A DNA stretch of 64,000 nucleotides from an uncultured Candidatus Saccharibacteria bacterium (GCA_965230925.1 OZ246403.1:266455-330454); one strand, 5' to 3'. Shown: positions 50,947-63,631, counted from the stretch's first letter. The notes: generated from the sequence alone by a model not told the origin. Made by a program: numbers and translations.

Positions 50947-50956
50947 CCGCCCAGAC

Positions 50957-50992
50957 AACCGGAGCGCGACAAACGTCGCCGCTCCGGTTTTT
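50957..50992 (+). terminator. Terminator-like hairpin, copy 2 of a repeat
   Basis: AACCGGAGCGCGAC-AAAC-GTCGCCGCTCCGGTTTTT. Confidence 0.8.
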
Positions 50993-51381
50993 CATTTTAA
51001 ATAATTTCGATACGAGAAAGAAAGAAGATATGCAAGAGCGAAACCAGCGAAAATATCAGTGGTGTAATGGAGACCAAGGTACACGCGCCAGAGGCCGATG
51101 ATGAGTGCGGTGAGAAAAAAGAAAATTGAAATAAGTAAACCCCTCGACTTTGCTCGGGGCAAGTAATAGGCAAGGAAAGCCAGCGTGAGAAAAAAGGTGG
51201 CGTGACCGGATGGAAAGGCGTCGAAGGTCAGGCCCGAAGGTCGCGGTAAATGAAATAATCCCTTGAGCGCCAAGTTAATAATCGAGACACCAATTGGCAC
51301 CAAGTAAGCCAACACCGGCGCGCGGCGATAAATGAGAAAAACAAGAAACAGCGCTGCGATAAGATAATCAAAGCCCCACAT
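50992..51381 (-). CDS. PAP2-family phosphatase (undecaprenyl-PP phosphatase-like)
   Basis: K......RP, FPSGHA, RVYLGLHYTTD. Confidence 0.88.
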   Translation of the reverse strand: MWGFDYLIAALFLVFLIYRRAPVLAYLVPIGVSIINLALKGLFHLPRPSGLTFDAFPSGHATFFLTLAFLAYYLPRAKSRGLLISIFFFLTALIIGLWRVYLGLHYTTDIFAGFALAYLLSFSYRNYLK

Positions 51382-52234
51382 CGGCGAGTAATTCTTTTAT
51401 CCCCTCTTCTAATTTAACTTGTGGCTCCCAACCAAGCAATTCTCGGGCAAGCGAGTTATCAGCCAAAGTATGTTTGGGCTCGAGCCGCGCCGGTAAATAT
51501 TCTTTCTCTCCACCAATCAACTCGGCAATTTTATTGACCGAGAAATTCCTCCCCGCACCGATATTTAACACCTCACCCTTCCCCACTTTGCTACTCTCCG
51601 CCGCAAGAATATTGGCCCGCACCACATCGCGCACATGGGTAAAATCCCGTGTTTGCTCGCCGTCCCCCGTAATCGTGAGCGGCTTCCCCTCTTTCTTTAA
51701 TTTTATAAATTTCCCAATCACCAAAGCATAGGCACCGTCCGGATTCTGTCGCGGGCCGTAAACATTGAAGTATCGCAGTGAGACGGTGGGTAAATCATAA
51801 ACTTCGCTAAATACACGCGCATACAATTCGCCAATATATTTTTGTAAGCCATACGGGCTCTTGGGCTTCGCTGACAAAGTTTCAACGAGCGGCATCACGT
51901 CAGAATCACCATAAGCTGAGCTTGAAGCCGAGTAAACCACTTTCTCCACACCTGCCTCTTTGGCGGCAAGAAAAACATTCAAAGTACCGATGACATTGGT
52001 TTCATTAGTCTCAACCGGATACTCAATCGAGTACTGCACGCGCGGCAAAGCCGCCAAATGAAAAACATATTTCGCTCCAGCAAATAATGGTTTAATCTGA
52101 TCTAATTTCCGGATATCACTCCCCACCAAAAGATCAATATTTTGAACTTCGTAATCCCGTGAAATTAGTTCATCCACCAAGTTCGAACCAATGAACCCCG
52201 ACCCGCCCGTCACTACCACTTTTGTTTTTTCCAT
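51368..52234 (-). CDS. NAD-dependent nucleotide-sugar epimerase/dehydratase
   Basis: TGGSGFIGS, YGLQK, RYFNVYGP. Confidence 0.93.
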   Translation of the reverse strand: MEKTKVVVTGGSGFIGSNLVDELISRDYEVQNIDLLVGSDIRKLDQIKPLFAGAKYVFHLAALPRVQYSIEYPVETNETNVIGTLNVFLAAKEAGVEKVVYSASSSAYGDSDVMPLVETLSAKPKSPYGLQKYIGELYARVFSEVYDLPTVSLRYFNVYGPRQNPDGAYALVIGKFIKLKKEGKPLTITGDGEQTRDFTHVRDVVRANILAAESSKVGKGEVLNIGAGRNFSVNKIAELIGGEKEYLPARLEPKHTLADNSLARELLGWEPQVKLEEGIKELLADVGL

Positions 52235-52241
52235 TCCTCAA

Positions 52242-53537
52242 TTATATCCCAGTTCGCGAGAGTAAAGCACGAATTGTTTTGAGCGCGATTTCGAGGTCAA
52301 GCCAGATGCTACGGTTCTTGATGTAATAAAGATCATAAGCGAGCTTGTCTTTAGTGTCGTCAACTCTCGGTCGGAAGTGTGGATGCGCTTCATGATAAAT
52401 CTGCGCCCAACCAGAGAGACCGGGTGAAATAAGGTGACGGGAATCGTAATACGGAATCTTCTCACGATAAATCGCCACGTATTCCAACTTCTCCGGCCGC
52501 GGGCCAACGAGCGATTGATCACCACGAATCACGCCAATAAGCTGAGGGACCTCATCGAGACGGGTCCGACGCAACCATTTACCCAACCGCGTTACGGTAC
52601 GATCTGACAAGTCTGGTTCGAGCGACATGCTGCGGAACTTAGCAAGACGAATAATCTTTCCGCCACGACCAACCCGCTCATCGAAGTAGAAAAGAGGCCC
52701 ACCCCCCTCGAGCTGCATAAAGAGCCAAACGATTGGGTAAGCAGGCAAAGTAACAATGACAATAATTGTCGCCACAACAATGTCCATCAGGCGCTTCAAA
52801 ATGTCGTAGGTAATCTGGCGACGGTTGGAAATATTTTCGAGGAACCAACGCTCATTGATAATTGAAACTGGAATCCGACCAAACATCTCTTCCGACAAGC
52901 GATGCAGGGGCAAGAAGCGCACACCAGCAAACAAGGAACGATAAAAGTCTGGTAACAAAAGGTGGAAATTGCGATCATAAATATTCACCACGATCGCCCC
53001 GGGCTTAAGCTTCTTTGCTTCAATTAGATTACTCGCCTGCTTCACCTCAAGATTGTAGTGCGGATTGCCTTCAAGCTCAGGAATTAACTCATCAGCTTCT
53101 GCTTCTTCACCAAGGAAAACGAGTCGCTCGCGCCGACCGCGATAGACGAGCGGCCAGATACCGAGTCGCCAGACCAAAAGAAAAACGGTGGCAATGCCAA
53201 CATAGATAAACAAATTTGCCTTCGGCGAAAGCGCGAAGTATGGAAGGAAATAAAAAAGGGCGGTAGCAATGAGGCCATTTATAATTTGGGCGCGGATAAT
53301 AATTTGCGGCAGGCGCCGACGGACCACGGCACGCGGCCGGGTGTAGAGATCGGAAATAAAGAAAACGAGAAGCCAAAGTGGGATAATCCAAGCAAAATCG
53401 CGAAGGTGCGACTGGAGAAGCATTGCCTCCGGCCAAGCCAAATAACGCACCAAAAGCGTAAGCCAAAGTGAAATGAGAAAAAAAACGAGGTCGCCCACCA
53501 GTAAGGCAAGGATCTCCTTGCGGCCTTGTAATTTCAT
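52242..53537 (-). CDS. Priming polyprenyl glycosylphosphotransferase (WcaJ/WbaP-like)
   Basis: 4 N-terminal TMs, KRLMD, KFRSM, RLDEVPQ, GPRPE, PGLSGWAQ, YDLYY. Confidence 0.92.
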   Translation of the reverse strand: MKLQGRKEILALLVGDLVFFLISLWLTLLVRYLAWPEAMLLQSHLRDFAWIIPLWLLVFFISDLYTRPRAVVRRRLPQIIIRAQIINGLIATALFYFLPYFALSPKANLFIYVGIATVFLLVWRLGIWPLVYRGRRERLVFLGEEAEADELIPELEGNPHYNLEVKQASNLIEAKKLKPGAIVVNIYDRNFHLLLPDFYRSLFAGVRFLPLHRLSEEMFGRIPVSIINERWFLENISNRRQITYDILKRLMDIVVATIIVIVTLPAYPIVWLFMQLEGGGPLFYFDERVGRGGKIIRLAKFRSMSLEPDLSDRTVTRLGKWLRRTRLDEVPQLIGVIRGDQSLVGPRPEKLEYVAIYREKIPYYDSRHLISPGLSGWAQIYHEAHPHFRPRVDDTKDKLAYDLYYIKNRSIWLDLEIALKTIRALLSRTGI

Positions 53538-53576
53538 AGATTTTTGTTAGGATACAACAAATTCGTTATTGTGTCT

Positions 53577-54629
53577 ATGGCCAAAAAGCAAAAAGTCTTG
53601 TATCTCATAACCAAGTCTAACTGGGGCGGCGCGCAACGGTATGTCTTTGACTTGGCGACTCAGATGCCTTTTGACGCAGCAGTGGCGCTCGGTGGTGAAG
53701 GTGAACTGAAACAGAAGCTCGATCAAGCTGGCGTTAAAACAATTTCTATTCCCCGCCTTGGACGGGATATTAAAATTTGGGATGAAATTCTCGTGTTTTG
53801 GGAAATTTTTAAAATTATTCGGCGAGAAAATCCCGATATTGTTCACTTAAATAGCCCCAAAGCTGGTGGCTTGGGCGCCTTAACTGCCCGCCTAGCAGGG
53901 ATACCAAATATTATTTACACCGCGCACGGTTGGTCCTTTGCCGAAGATCGCCCCGCTTGGCAACGGCTCGCGATCAAATTTTTCTCTTGGCTCACAATTC
54001 TCTTTTGCCATCAGGTAATCGTGATTTCTCAAAGCGAATATAAAAAAGTAGAAAATTGGCCTTTTGCGCGATCTAAACTTCACTTAATTTATAATGGCGC
54101 GAGTGAACCAACTTTCCTCCCCCGCGGCGAGGCGCGCGCCGCGCTTGGCTTGGACCAAAATGAATTCATCGTGGGCACCATCGCCGAGCTTCACAAGAAT
54201 AAAGGTTTAAATTACTTAACTGAGAAGGTGGTGGTGATTGGCGAGGGAGAAGAAAGGAAGAGTCTTGAGGGTGGAGCGCTTATCTTGCTCGGCCGGCGCG
54301 AGAATGCCGCGCAGTATCTCAAAGCGTTTGATGTGTTTATTCTCCCTTCAATTAAAGAAGGTCTGCCATACGTGATCCTAGAAGCCGGCCTCGCCTGTTT
54401 ACCTGTGATCGCCACCAAAGTTGGCGGTATTCCGGAAATCATTGATCACGAAAAAACGGGAATTCTCGTGGAACCAAAAAACTCCCCTGCTCTCACCACG
54501 GCCATTCAAGATTTAAAAAATGACCCAGAAAAACGAGCAACGCTCGGTCAGAATCTCCGCACCACCATCCAAAAAAGATTTTCCCCAGCCGCGATGCTCA
54601 ATCAAACCCTTTTGCTCTATAATAAGTAA
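53577..54629 (+). CDS. GT4 glycosyltransferase
   Basis: WGGAQRY, YTAHGW, EGLPYVILEAG. Confidence 0.92.
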   Translation: MAKKQKVLYLITKSNWGGAQRYVFDLATQMPFDAAVALGGEGELKQKLDQAGVKTISIPRLGRDIKIWDEILVFWEIFKIIRRENPDIVHLNSPKAGGLGALTARLAGIPNIIYTAHGWSFAEDRPAWQRLAIKFFSWLTILFCHQVIVISQSEYKKVENWPFARSKLHLIYNGASEPTFLPRGEARAALGLDQNEFIVGTIAELHKNKGLNYLTEKVVVIGEGEERKSLEGGALILLGRRENAAQYLKAFDVFILPSIKEGLPYVILEAGLACLPVIATKVGGIPEIIDHEKTGILVEPKNSPALTTAIQDLKNDPEKRATLGQNLRTTIQKRFSPAAMLNQTLLLYNK

Positions 54630-54632
54630 CTT

Positions 54633-55196
54633 ATGAAAAAGGGTTTCACCCTCATTGAGCTTTTGGTCGTCATTGCCATTATCAGCCTGCTCTCGAGTAT
54701 TATCTTTGGCTCACTTCAACAAGCCCGGGCAAAAGCCCGAGACAAAAAACGGATCCAAGACCTGGTGCAACTTAGGAATGCTTTGGAGTTATATCGCGAG
54801 GCCAACGGAAAATATCCTAGTGACCCAAACTTAACATTTTTAGGATCACCAGACACCCGCGCAATCAGTTGTTGGACTTGTGGCACGCCGGGTTATTTAG
54901 ACAACACTCGTTTGACTGCATTAACCCCTTTTCTTAACACCCGACCCAGTGATCCGTCTGAGCCTTTCTCGGGAGCAACAAACAATGGATACTGGTATAA
55001 AGTAAACAATTCTTGTGAAGATTATAAAGTCGCCATTGAAAACACGGTTGAGGATATAAATAATATACCAACAATAATGAGGGATAGCACAAATTGGAAT
55101 GCGGCTGCTCCGAATACTGCTGTAATTTTTTCCTCGGAAGTCTCGAGAACCTGGTCAAGGAGCGGTACCACTTTTGCTGGATCAAGTTCTTGTTAA
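54633..55196 (+). CDS. Type IV pilin / GspG-like protein, tandem copy 1
   Basis: KKG/FTLIELLVVIAII, LRNALELY. Confidence 0.88.
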   Translation: MKKGFTLIELLVVIAIISLLSSIIFGSLQQARAKARDKKRIQDLVQLRNALELYREANGKYPSDPNLTFLGSPDTRAISCWTCGTPGYLDNTRLTALTPFLNTRPSDPSEPFSGATNNGYWYKVNNSCEDYKVAIENTVEDINNIPTIMRDSTNWNAAAPNTAVIFSSEVSRTWSRSGTTFAGSSSC

Positions 55197-55199
55197 ATA

Positions 55200-55874
55200 A
55201 TGTCTAAAAAATTTGGTTTTACCCTCATCGAACTTCTCGTGGTCATCGCCATTTTCAGCGTCCTGGCAAGCATTGTTTTCGGATCGCTAAATCAAGCTCG
55301 CGGCAAGTCACGCGACAGCAAGCGGGTTCAAGATCTTGTCCAGCTGCGTAACGCCCTAGAGCTTTACAAAGCGGAACACGGCCGATATCCGGATGATAAA
55401 GATGCTCTCCCAGTAATAGGTGACCAGCCTGCGGGTATTGATTGTTGGGAGTGTGATATCAATTCCGGAGACACCTGTGACTCCTTCGACAACGGCTGTA
55501 CCACGTTACACCCACTGTACTCAGGAAGAAAGCTAGCCACAGATTTGCTTCCCTATATTAACCCTCTACCATCTGACCCAAGTGTTCCGTCAACCGGCTG
55601 GTTCAATGACACCTGTGCCGGAGTCAATACCGACCGACGGGGTTATTGGTATAAAGCAAATGCAAACGGATCTGATTACAAAGTGGTGATTTTTGGAACA
55701 ATTGAAGATATAAACGTTATTCCTCCGCCGATGAGAGCGGATGGTATAAATACTCCAATTTGGAGAGCCTCATTGTGTAGCTCTCCTGGCGCCACAGCCA
55801 CAATTTATTCATCTGAGATATCAAGGAACTGGACTGAGTCACTAGCGGGTGGCCCCAACACTAATTTACCTTAA
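55200..55874 (+). CDS. Type IV pilin / GspG-like protein, tandem copy 2
   Basis: KKFG/FTLIELLVVIAIF, LRNALELY. Confidence 0.88.
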   Translation: MSKKFGFTLIELLVVIAIFSVLASIVFGSLNQARGKSRDSKRVQDLVQLRNALELYKAEHGRYPDDKDALPVIGDQPAGIDCWECDINSGDTCDSFDNGCTTLHPLYSGRKLATDLLPYINPLPSDPSVPSTGWFNDTCAGVNTDRRGYWYKANANGSDYKVVIFGTIEDINVIPPPMRADGINTPIWRASLCSSPGATATIYSSEISRNWTESLAGGPNTNLP

Positions 55875-55878
55875 GTTG

Positions 55879-56499
55879 ATGAAAAAAGGTTTTACCATCA
55901 TCGAACTATTGGTCGTGATTGCGATTATGAGTTTACTATCAAGTATTATCTTTGGCTCACTGCAGGAAGCAAGGGCAAAATCTAGAAATAGTCAGCGCGT
56001 GCAAAGTCTTGTCCAACTTCGGAATGCCATAGAGCTTTATCGGTTGAACAATGGACGCTACCCTGTTCCGTCGGATAATCCCCCACCAAATCTCAATAAC
56101 CACGGCGCAAGTTGCTGGAACTGCATTGGAGATATTTACTCTATTCCGAATGCTTCTCTTTTTGACCCCGAACACCTCTCAGAAATTGCACCGTATATGC
56201 CTAGTCGCCCAGAAGACCCTCGACTTAACCCGGATGCTGTAATTTCTTTGAAGGGGTACTGGTATCAAGTTGACCCGGCAGGCAATGATTACAAACTCCT
56301 TTTAGCCGGAACGGTTGAGGGCGGAAGTGGGAGTATAGCAACAGGAAATTACTCTTACCCGGCTGGGATTCCCGTTCCCATGCGCGACCCAAACTTCTGG
56401 CCAACAGCCGCTGATTTAGCCTCTCTTTCCGTGTACTCTGCCGGTGCTCGATGTTGGGATTGGCAAAACACTACCCCACCCATGGGACCCGCTTGTTAA
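55879..56499 (+). CDS. Type IV pilin / GspG-like protein, tandem copy 3
   Basis: KKG/FTIIELLVVIAIM, LRNAIELY; start revised to ATG 55879. Confidence 0.88.
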   Translation: MKKGFTIIELLVVIAIMSLLSSIIFGSLQEARAKSRNSQRVQSLVQLRNAIELYRLNNGRYPVPSDNPPPNLNNHGASCWNCIGDIYSIPNASLFDPEHLSEIAPYMPSRPEDPRLNPDAVISLKGYWYQVDPAGNDYKLLLAGTVEGGSGSIATGNYSYPAGIPVPMRDPNFWPTAADLASLSVYSAGARCWDWQNTTPPMGPAC

Positions 56500-57641
56500 A
56501 TCCCCAGAAATTCGTTTTTTAAGTCTTCGCGATGGAAAGCGCGGGAAGAGCGGCGCATCGACATTAGAATACCGAGGCTAGTGAAGGTCGCGAGAAGATG
56601 CGATCCACCATAACTCACAAATGGCAGCGTGAGACCAGTGACCGGCAATAAGCCAATATTCATTCCCACATTGATGGTGAAGTGGCTAAGAAGCATGATC
56701 GCAATCCCTACGCCAAACAAAGTTTCAAAATTAGTTTCACCCAAGAGCGCCGTTTTCAAAATCCGCCAGATGACAATATTGTAGAGAATAAATAGACCCA
56801 CCACCCCAACAAAACCCCACTCTTCAGCGAAGGCGGCGAAGATAAAATCAGTTTCGTACTCCGGGAGAAAGCGCAAGCGCGATTGCGTACCGTAGCCAAT
56901 CCCCTTGCCAAAAACTTGACCCGAGCCAACCGCGATCATTGATTGGAAGGCATTGTAACCGGTGCCGCGAATATCAGCCAAGGGATGAATAAAAGTCATA
57001 ATCCGCGCCTTCTGATATGGCGCGAAGAGAAAAAACCAAGCCACGACGAAAGAAACTAGAGCTACGCCAAACACGCCTAAAAGATGCTTCTTCGACACCC
57101 CCGAGACAAGAATCATCCCAAGCCAAATGAGAAAAAGAATCACCGCCGAACCAAAGTCAGGTTGCCAAAGAATGAGTCCAAACGGTACGAGAGCGTAGAG
57201 ACCGGAAATAAAAATGTGGCGGAAGTTGGCAATCTCAGTGTGGCGCCGAGAAAAATATTTGGCCAAAATAAGAATCAAACCAAGCTTCATAAAGTCAGCG
57301 GGCTGGAAGGCGAAGGGCCCAAGGTCAAACCAACTGCGCGCGCCCTTAGTCTCCGGCGCCACAAGCGGCAAAATGATGAGCAAAACAATGAGGGTAAAGT
57401 AAATGGCCGCCACGGCTCCGGATCGGCGAAGGAAGCGGAAATCAAAAAAGCTGAGACCAAAAAACACAGCAAACGAGAGCAATATCCATAAAACCTGGCG
57501 ACCGAAGAAATAACTCTCAGCGGTAAAAGAGTTCATAGTCACGAGTCCGGCCGTCAAAAGGAGTAAAGTGGCAACAACAAGCAACCAATCAACCCCCGCG
57601 GTGAGGCGGGAAATGGTGTCACTCAATTTTTGATAAATCAA
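56496..57641 (-). CDS. rodA: SEDS peptidoglycan polymerase RodA
   Basis: GARSWF, QPADFMK, QPDFGS, LPEYETDFIFA, PFVSYGGS. Confidence 0.92.
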   Translation of the reverse strand: MIYQKLSDTISRLTAGVDWLLVVATLLLLTAGLVTMNSFTAESYFFGRQVLWILLSFAVFFGLSFFDFRFLRRSGAVAAIYFTLIVLLIILPLVAPETKGARSWFDLGPFAFQPADFMKLGLILILAKYFSRRHTEIANFRHIFISGLYALVPFGLILWQPDFGSAVILFLIWLGMILVSGVSKKHLLGVFGVALVSFVVAWFFLFAPYQKARIMTFIHPLADIRGTGYNAFQSMIAVGSGQVFGKGIGYGTQSRLRFLPEYETDFIFAAFAEEWGFVGVVGLFILYNIVIWRILKTALLGETNFETLFGVGIAIMLLSHFTINVGMNIGLLPVTGLTLPFVSYGGSHLLATFTSLGILMSMRRSSRAFHREDLKNEFLGI

Positions 57642-58392
57642 AATGGGGGTAAAGAATTTTGAGCGTTGGCTCCTTAATAAACGGCTCCGGCCAAGTAAAG
57701 ACGATGTCGCGCGAGGCGCCGCGACTCAGAGTATCTACCACCGTGGCACTTCCGGCAAGCGTATTCTCATTTTCATCAAAAAGGACGGCTTTTATTTCAA
57801 TATTTGAAAGATCTTTCAGTGAACGGTTAATCACCGTGGCGCGGAAAATTGGTTTGGGTAAATTGGTAAACACCTCACTCGCGAAGTCGAGGTCGGGCTT
57901 CTCTACCGCTAAGCGCCGCCAGGGCAAGGTCTCCCCAAGGAACTTAAAAGTGGCCCGCACCGGCACCTGCTCACCCACATCAGCTTTAAACAATCGTTCA
58001 AAAACTATAAAACTCTCTCGCGGGTTGGCGAAGGTGTCCCCACGCTTGGTGGTAATGAGAAGATTGTCTTTATCGACAAAATCAATGGAATAAGGCAACT
58101 TATCAACACTCAAATTGAGGTTGGGGTTCTCAACGAGAGTGATCGAGTCGTATGAATCAGCTCCCACCTTCATCACCCGGCTCCACAGAACGCGAAGCGG
58201 CAGAATCTCGTTCCGACACACGGCTTCGCAAGCACCACCGCAGTCAATCCCTATTTCATCTTGATTACGCTTACCATCAGAGCATGATGGATCCGGGCGC
58301 GTGAGCACAAAAAGCGCTGCGCCAACACCGGCGAAAAAAATAAGCACGAGAAGAAAATAACTAATTTGCCGCTGTACGCTCCACACTGACAT
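57619..58392 (-). CDS. Membrane-anchored hypothetical protein with a Cys-rich motif
   Basis: TM, CSDGKRNQDEIGIDCGGAC, C-terminal FxLYD-like beta domain. Confidence 0.7.
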   Translation of the reverse strand: MSVWSVQRQISYFLLVLIFFAGVGAALFVLTRPDPSCSDGKRNQDEIGIDCGGACEAVCRNEILPLRVLWSRVMKVGADSYDSITLVENPNLNLSVDKLPYSIDFVDKDNLLITTKRGDTFANPRESFIVFERLFKADVGEQVPVRATFKFLGETLPWRRLAVEKPDLDFASEVFTNLPKPIFRATVINRSLKDLSNIEIKAVLFDENENTLAGSATVVDTLSRGASRDIVFTWPEPFIKEPTLKILYPHFDLSKIE

Positions 58393-58430
58393 AGCGCAAA
58401 TTATATCATGAGAAAAATTTAAATCCTCTG

Positions 58431-58539
58431 TTCCGGCGGCTAGCTACTCTCCCCCTGATGGAGTACCATCGCCACGACGGTGCTTAACGGCTCTGTTCGG
58501 AATGGTAAGAGGTGTGACCACCGCGTCGAACCACCGAAA
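58431..58539 (-). rRNA. rrf: 5S rRNA
   Basis: CCATTCCGAACAGAGCCGTTAAGC, GATGGTACT, GAGAGTAG; paired ends; ends approximate. Confidence 0.93.
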
Positions 58540-58611
58540 CACAAGATTCAAATACTAATTCTCACGAATAGAAACGAACACTAACAAACAATCAAAAAGT
58601 GCTTTTCAGAT

Positions 58612-61613
<3,002 letters not shown>

Positions 61614-61825
61614 ATCTAAAAACCACTTTGTTTGATTGCTTTACCTACCTGTCTCCAACTCTTGAAAGACCCACAATAAAGTGGAAGTTGGGACAGCTTT
61701 TAGTTTTCAAATTTCGATCCTCTCTGAAAGAAAAACCGCCCTTCGGGGCGGCTTAGATACCCAAAAAAATGGCTATCTAGGCCGCTCTTTTAGTTGGTTT
61801 TTGGTATTCATATCCGATGGGCAAC

Positions 61826-61853
61826 AGTATATAGGAACCAAAAAAGCCGTCAA
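61826..61853 (-). promoter_or_regulatory. Promoter of the 23S-5S unit
   Basis: TTGACG-16-TATACT about 210 nt upstream of 23S. Confidence 0.75.
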
Positions 61854-61881
61854 GCAGGGTGGGGAAAGCCAAGATTCCGAC

Positions 61882-62181
61882 TCAAGACAAAAGCTTAAAA
61901 AGGGCAATTAAGGTCAAAACCACGGTCAGAATCTGGCGAGGTAAATTGAAAATAATATCGTGAGATACCAGCTCAAAATCTACCCAACCTAAATAATGAA
62001 GAATCTGACCAAAGAGATAGAGTAAAACAATCATCAGTAATACCAGGCGAATGGTGAAAAAGACCACCGCATCCGGACTAGTGAGAATCTCTGGAATCGA
62101 TTGGATAAGCCAACGAATCTCGGTAACGGAGAAAACTAAAGATAGAGCAAAGAGAAAAGCCTGTTTGAAGGTCATCACCAT
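61882..62181 (-). CDS. Small multi-TM hypothetical protein
   Basis: 3 hydrophobic helices; TACAAT 6 nt before ATG 62181. Confidence 0.55.
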   Translation of the reverse strand: MVMTFKQAFLFALSLVFSVTEIRWLIQSIPEILTSPDAVVFFTIRLVLLMIVLLYLFGQILHYLGWVDFELVSHDIIFNLPRQILTVVLTLIALFKLLS

Positions 62182-62197
62182 GACTATATTGTAACGC

Positions 62198-62227
62198 AAA
62201 AATCGTTCGCCGTGGCGAACGATTTTT
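62198..62227. terminator. Intrinsic terminator
   Basis: AAAAATCGTTCGCCGTGGCGAACGATTTTT. Confidence 0.8.
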
Positions 62228-62246
62228 ACTTCAGAAACTGAAAAGT

Positions 62247-62939
62247 CTAATGATGGTTATTGATATCTTGGCGAAGCTTCTCGATATAACGAGCGGCCGC
62301 ATCCCGACCACCAAGGCCGAAGGCTAGACCACCAGCAATTGCGAGCATGGCCACCACACCAGTAAAGAGATTGTTCAGGAGCTGACCACCAATACCGAGC
62401 TGGTTAAGGGCTACAAGAATTGCAGAAACCCAGATTGCCCACTTGGCCACACCACCGAAGAGTTGGGCCGAGTGTGACCCCACCGCCTTGGCTGAGCCAG
62501 CAATAATCTTGTGGGCCGCATCGGCTACCACCGCAGCAAGGAGCAAAATGAGCGAAGCTGCAATTACCCGAGGCAAGTACGAGAGCACTACCTGGCGCAA
62601 GAATTCATTGACTTGCGTGAGCCCAAGCAAATTGAGCGAAGCGATCAAGAAAACAACGATAATAAACCAACGCACCAAACCACCAATGAAGGCGCCAGCA
62701 TCGAGCTTGAAACCAGCCCGCGAAAGCACTTCCTCAGTCCCAACACTCTTCAAAGCCTTATCGACTTGGAGAGCGCTGATAATTTGCGCCACCCATTTCC
62801 CCAAAATCACTGCCACCAACCAACCAAGAATGAAGATCAGGACGGCAATAATCACCTTAGGCAAGATGGTCACAAAGATCACTTGCCACACCTCCTGAAA
62901 CCTCATCGTTAGCTCACCACTCAAAGTGTCTAAATTCAT
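62247..62939 (-). CDS. TM_helix-repeat protein (CmpX / small mechanosensitive-channel-related)
   Basis: Two LP(K/R)VI.A.LI repeats, AFGLGGRDAA. Confidence 0.8.
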   Translation of the reverse strand: MNLDTLSGELTMRFQEVWQVIFVTILPKVIIAVLIFILGWLVAVILGKWVAQIISALQVDKALKSVGTEEVLSRAGFKLDAGAFIGGLVRWFIIVVFLIASLNLLGLTQVNEFLRQVVLSYLPRVIAASLILLLAAVVADAAHKIIAGSAKAVGSHSAQLFGGVAKWAIWVSAILVALNQLGIGGQLLNNLFTGVVAMLAIAGGLAFGLGGRDAAARYIEKLRQDINNHH

Positions 62940-62971
62940 AGATAATAAAATTAGCTAATAGCTTAATAATA

Positions 62972-63604
62972 CTAAACTCCGAGTTTATCAATCAAGCGCT
63001 CGTGGGGATAATCGAGAATGTCACGAATGAACTTATCACAAGCATGAAAACGGTAGTTAAAATCGGCGGTTTCCATAACAGAATAGTTGAGCTCCCGCCC
63101 CACCTCCGCCTCCACCATATTGATTGCCCGCTCTATTTTGGCTCGCTTTAAGTGATCTCCGACCAAAAGAAGATCAGCTCGACTCTCGGGTTGATCAATA
63201 AAAATGCCCGAAATAACCAAAAACTTGATATTCCCGGTATGAGCAAAGCGTGAAGCAATTTCTCGCCGTCGACCCACCACATCATTACGCAAGAGGTTAC
63301 GAAGCGGATTAAGAAAAGGAAAAGACTGGTTGAGTTGCCAGCCTTTTACCTTCTTAATTTTCAGTTTTTTAGCCTTACGGCCAGTAACAATCTTCGGCGC
63401 AGGAGCCGGAGTTAGGGTAATCGTTTTTACCTGGGCGAAACCAACTCTTTTTAGGAGTTCAAGCTCTTTGCGGAGCCCTTTACTGGTAACTTTGGCTCTT
63501 GCTCCTACTTCATCCCCCGGCAAAACCACCGTTGGATTAAGCACAAAAAGCCGCATGAGCTTCACCCGGTCGGAACTCCCAAACAGCTTACCCAGGATTT
63601 CCAT
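62972..63604 (-). CDS. Winged-HTH + degenerate nucleotidyltransferase-fold hypothetical protein
   Basis: LFGSSDRVKLMRLF HTH-like N-terminus; SGIF...ADLLLVG...ELNY. Confidence 0.6.
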   Translation of the reverse strand: MEILGKLFGSSDRVKLMRLFVLNPTVVLPGDEVGARAKVTSKGLRKELELLKRVGFAQVKTITLTPAPAPKIVTGRKAKKLKIKKVKGWQLNQSFPFLNPLRNLLRNDVVGRRREIASRFAHTGNIKFLVISGIFIDQPESRADLLLVGDHLKRAKIERAINMVEAEVGRELNYSVMETADFNYRFHACDKFIRDILDYPHERLIDKLGV

Positions 63605-63631
63605 CGCCCCTATCTTCCCCTATTTTCGCCT

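Noticed and set aside
50085-50992. Classical integron attC array
   Set aside because: The repeats are only 36-44 bp, lack full RYYYAAC/GTTRRRY boxes, end in poly-T, and no integrase is in the window. Kept only as a repeat finding.
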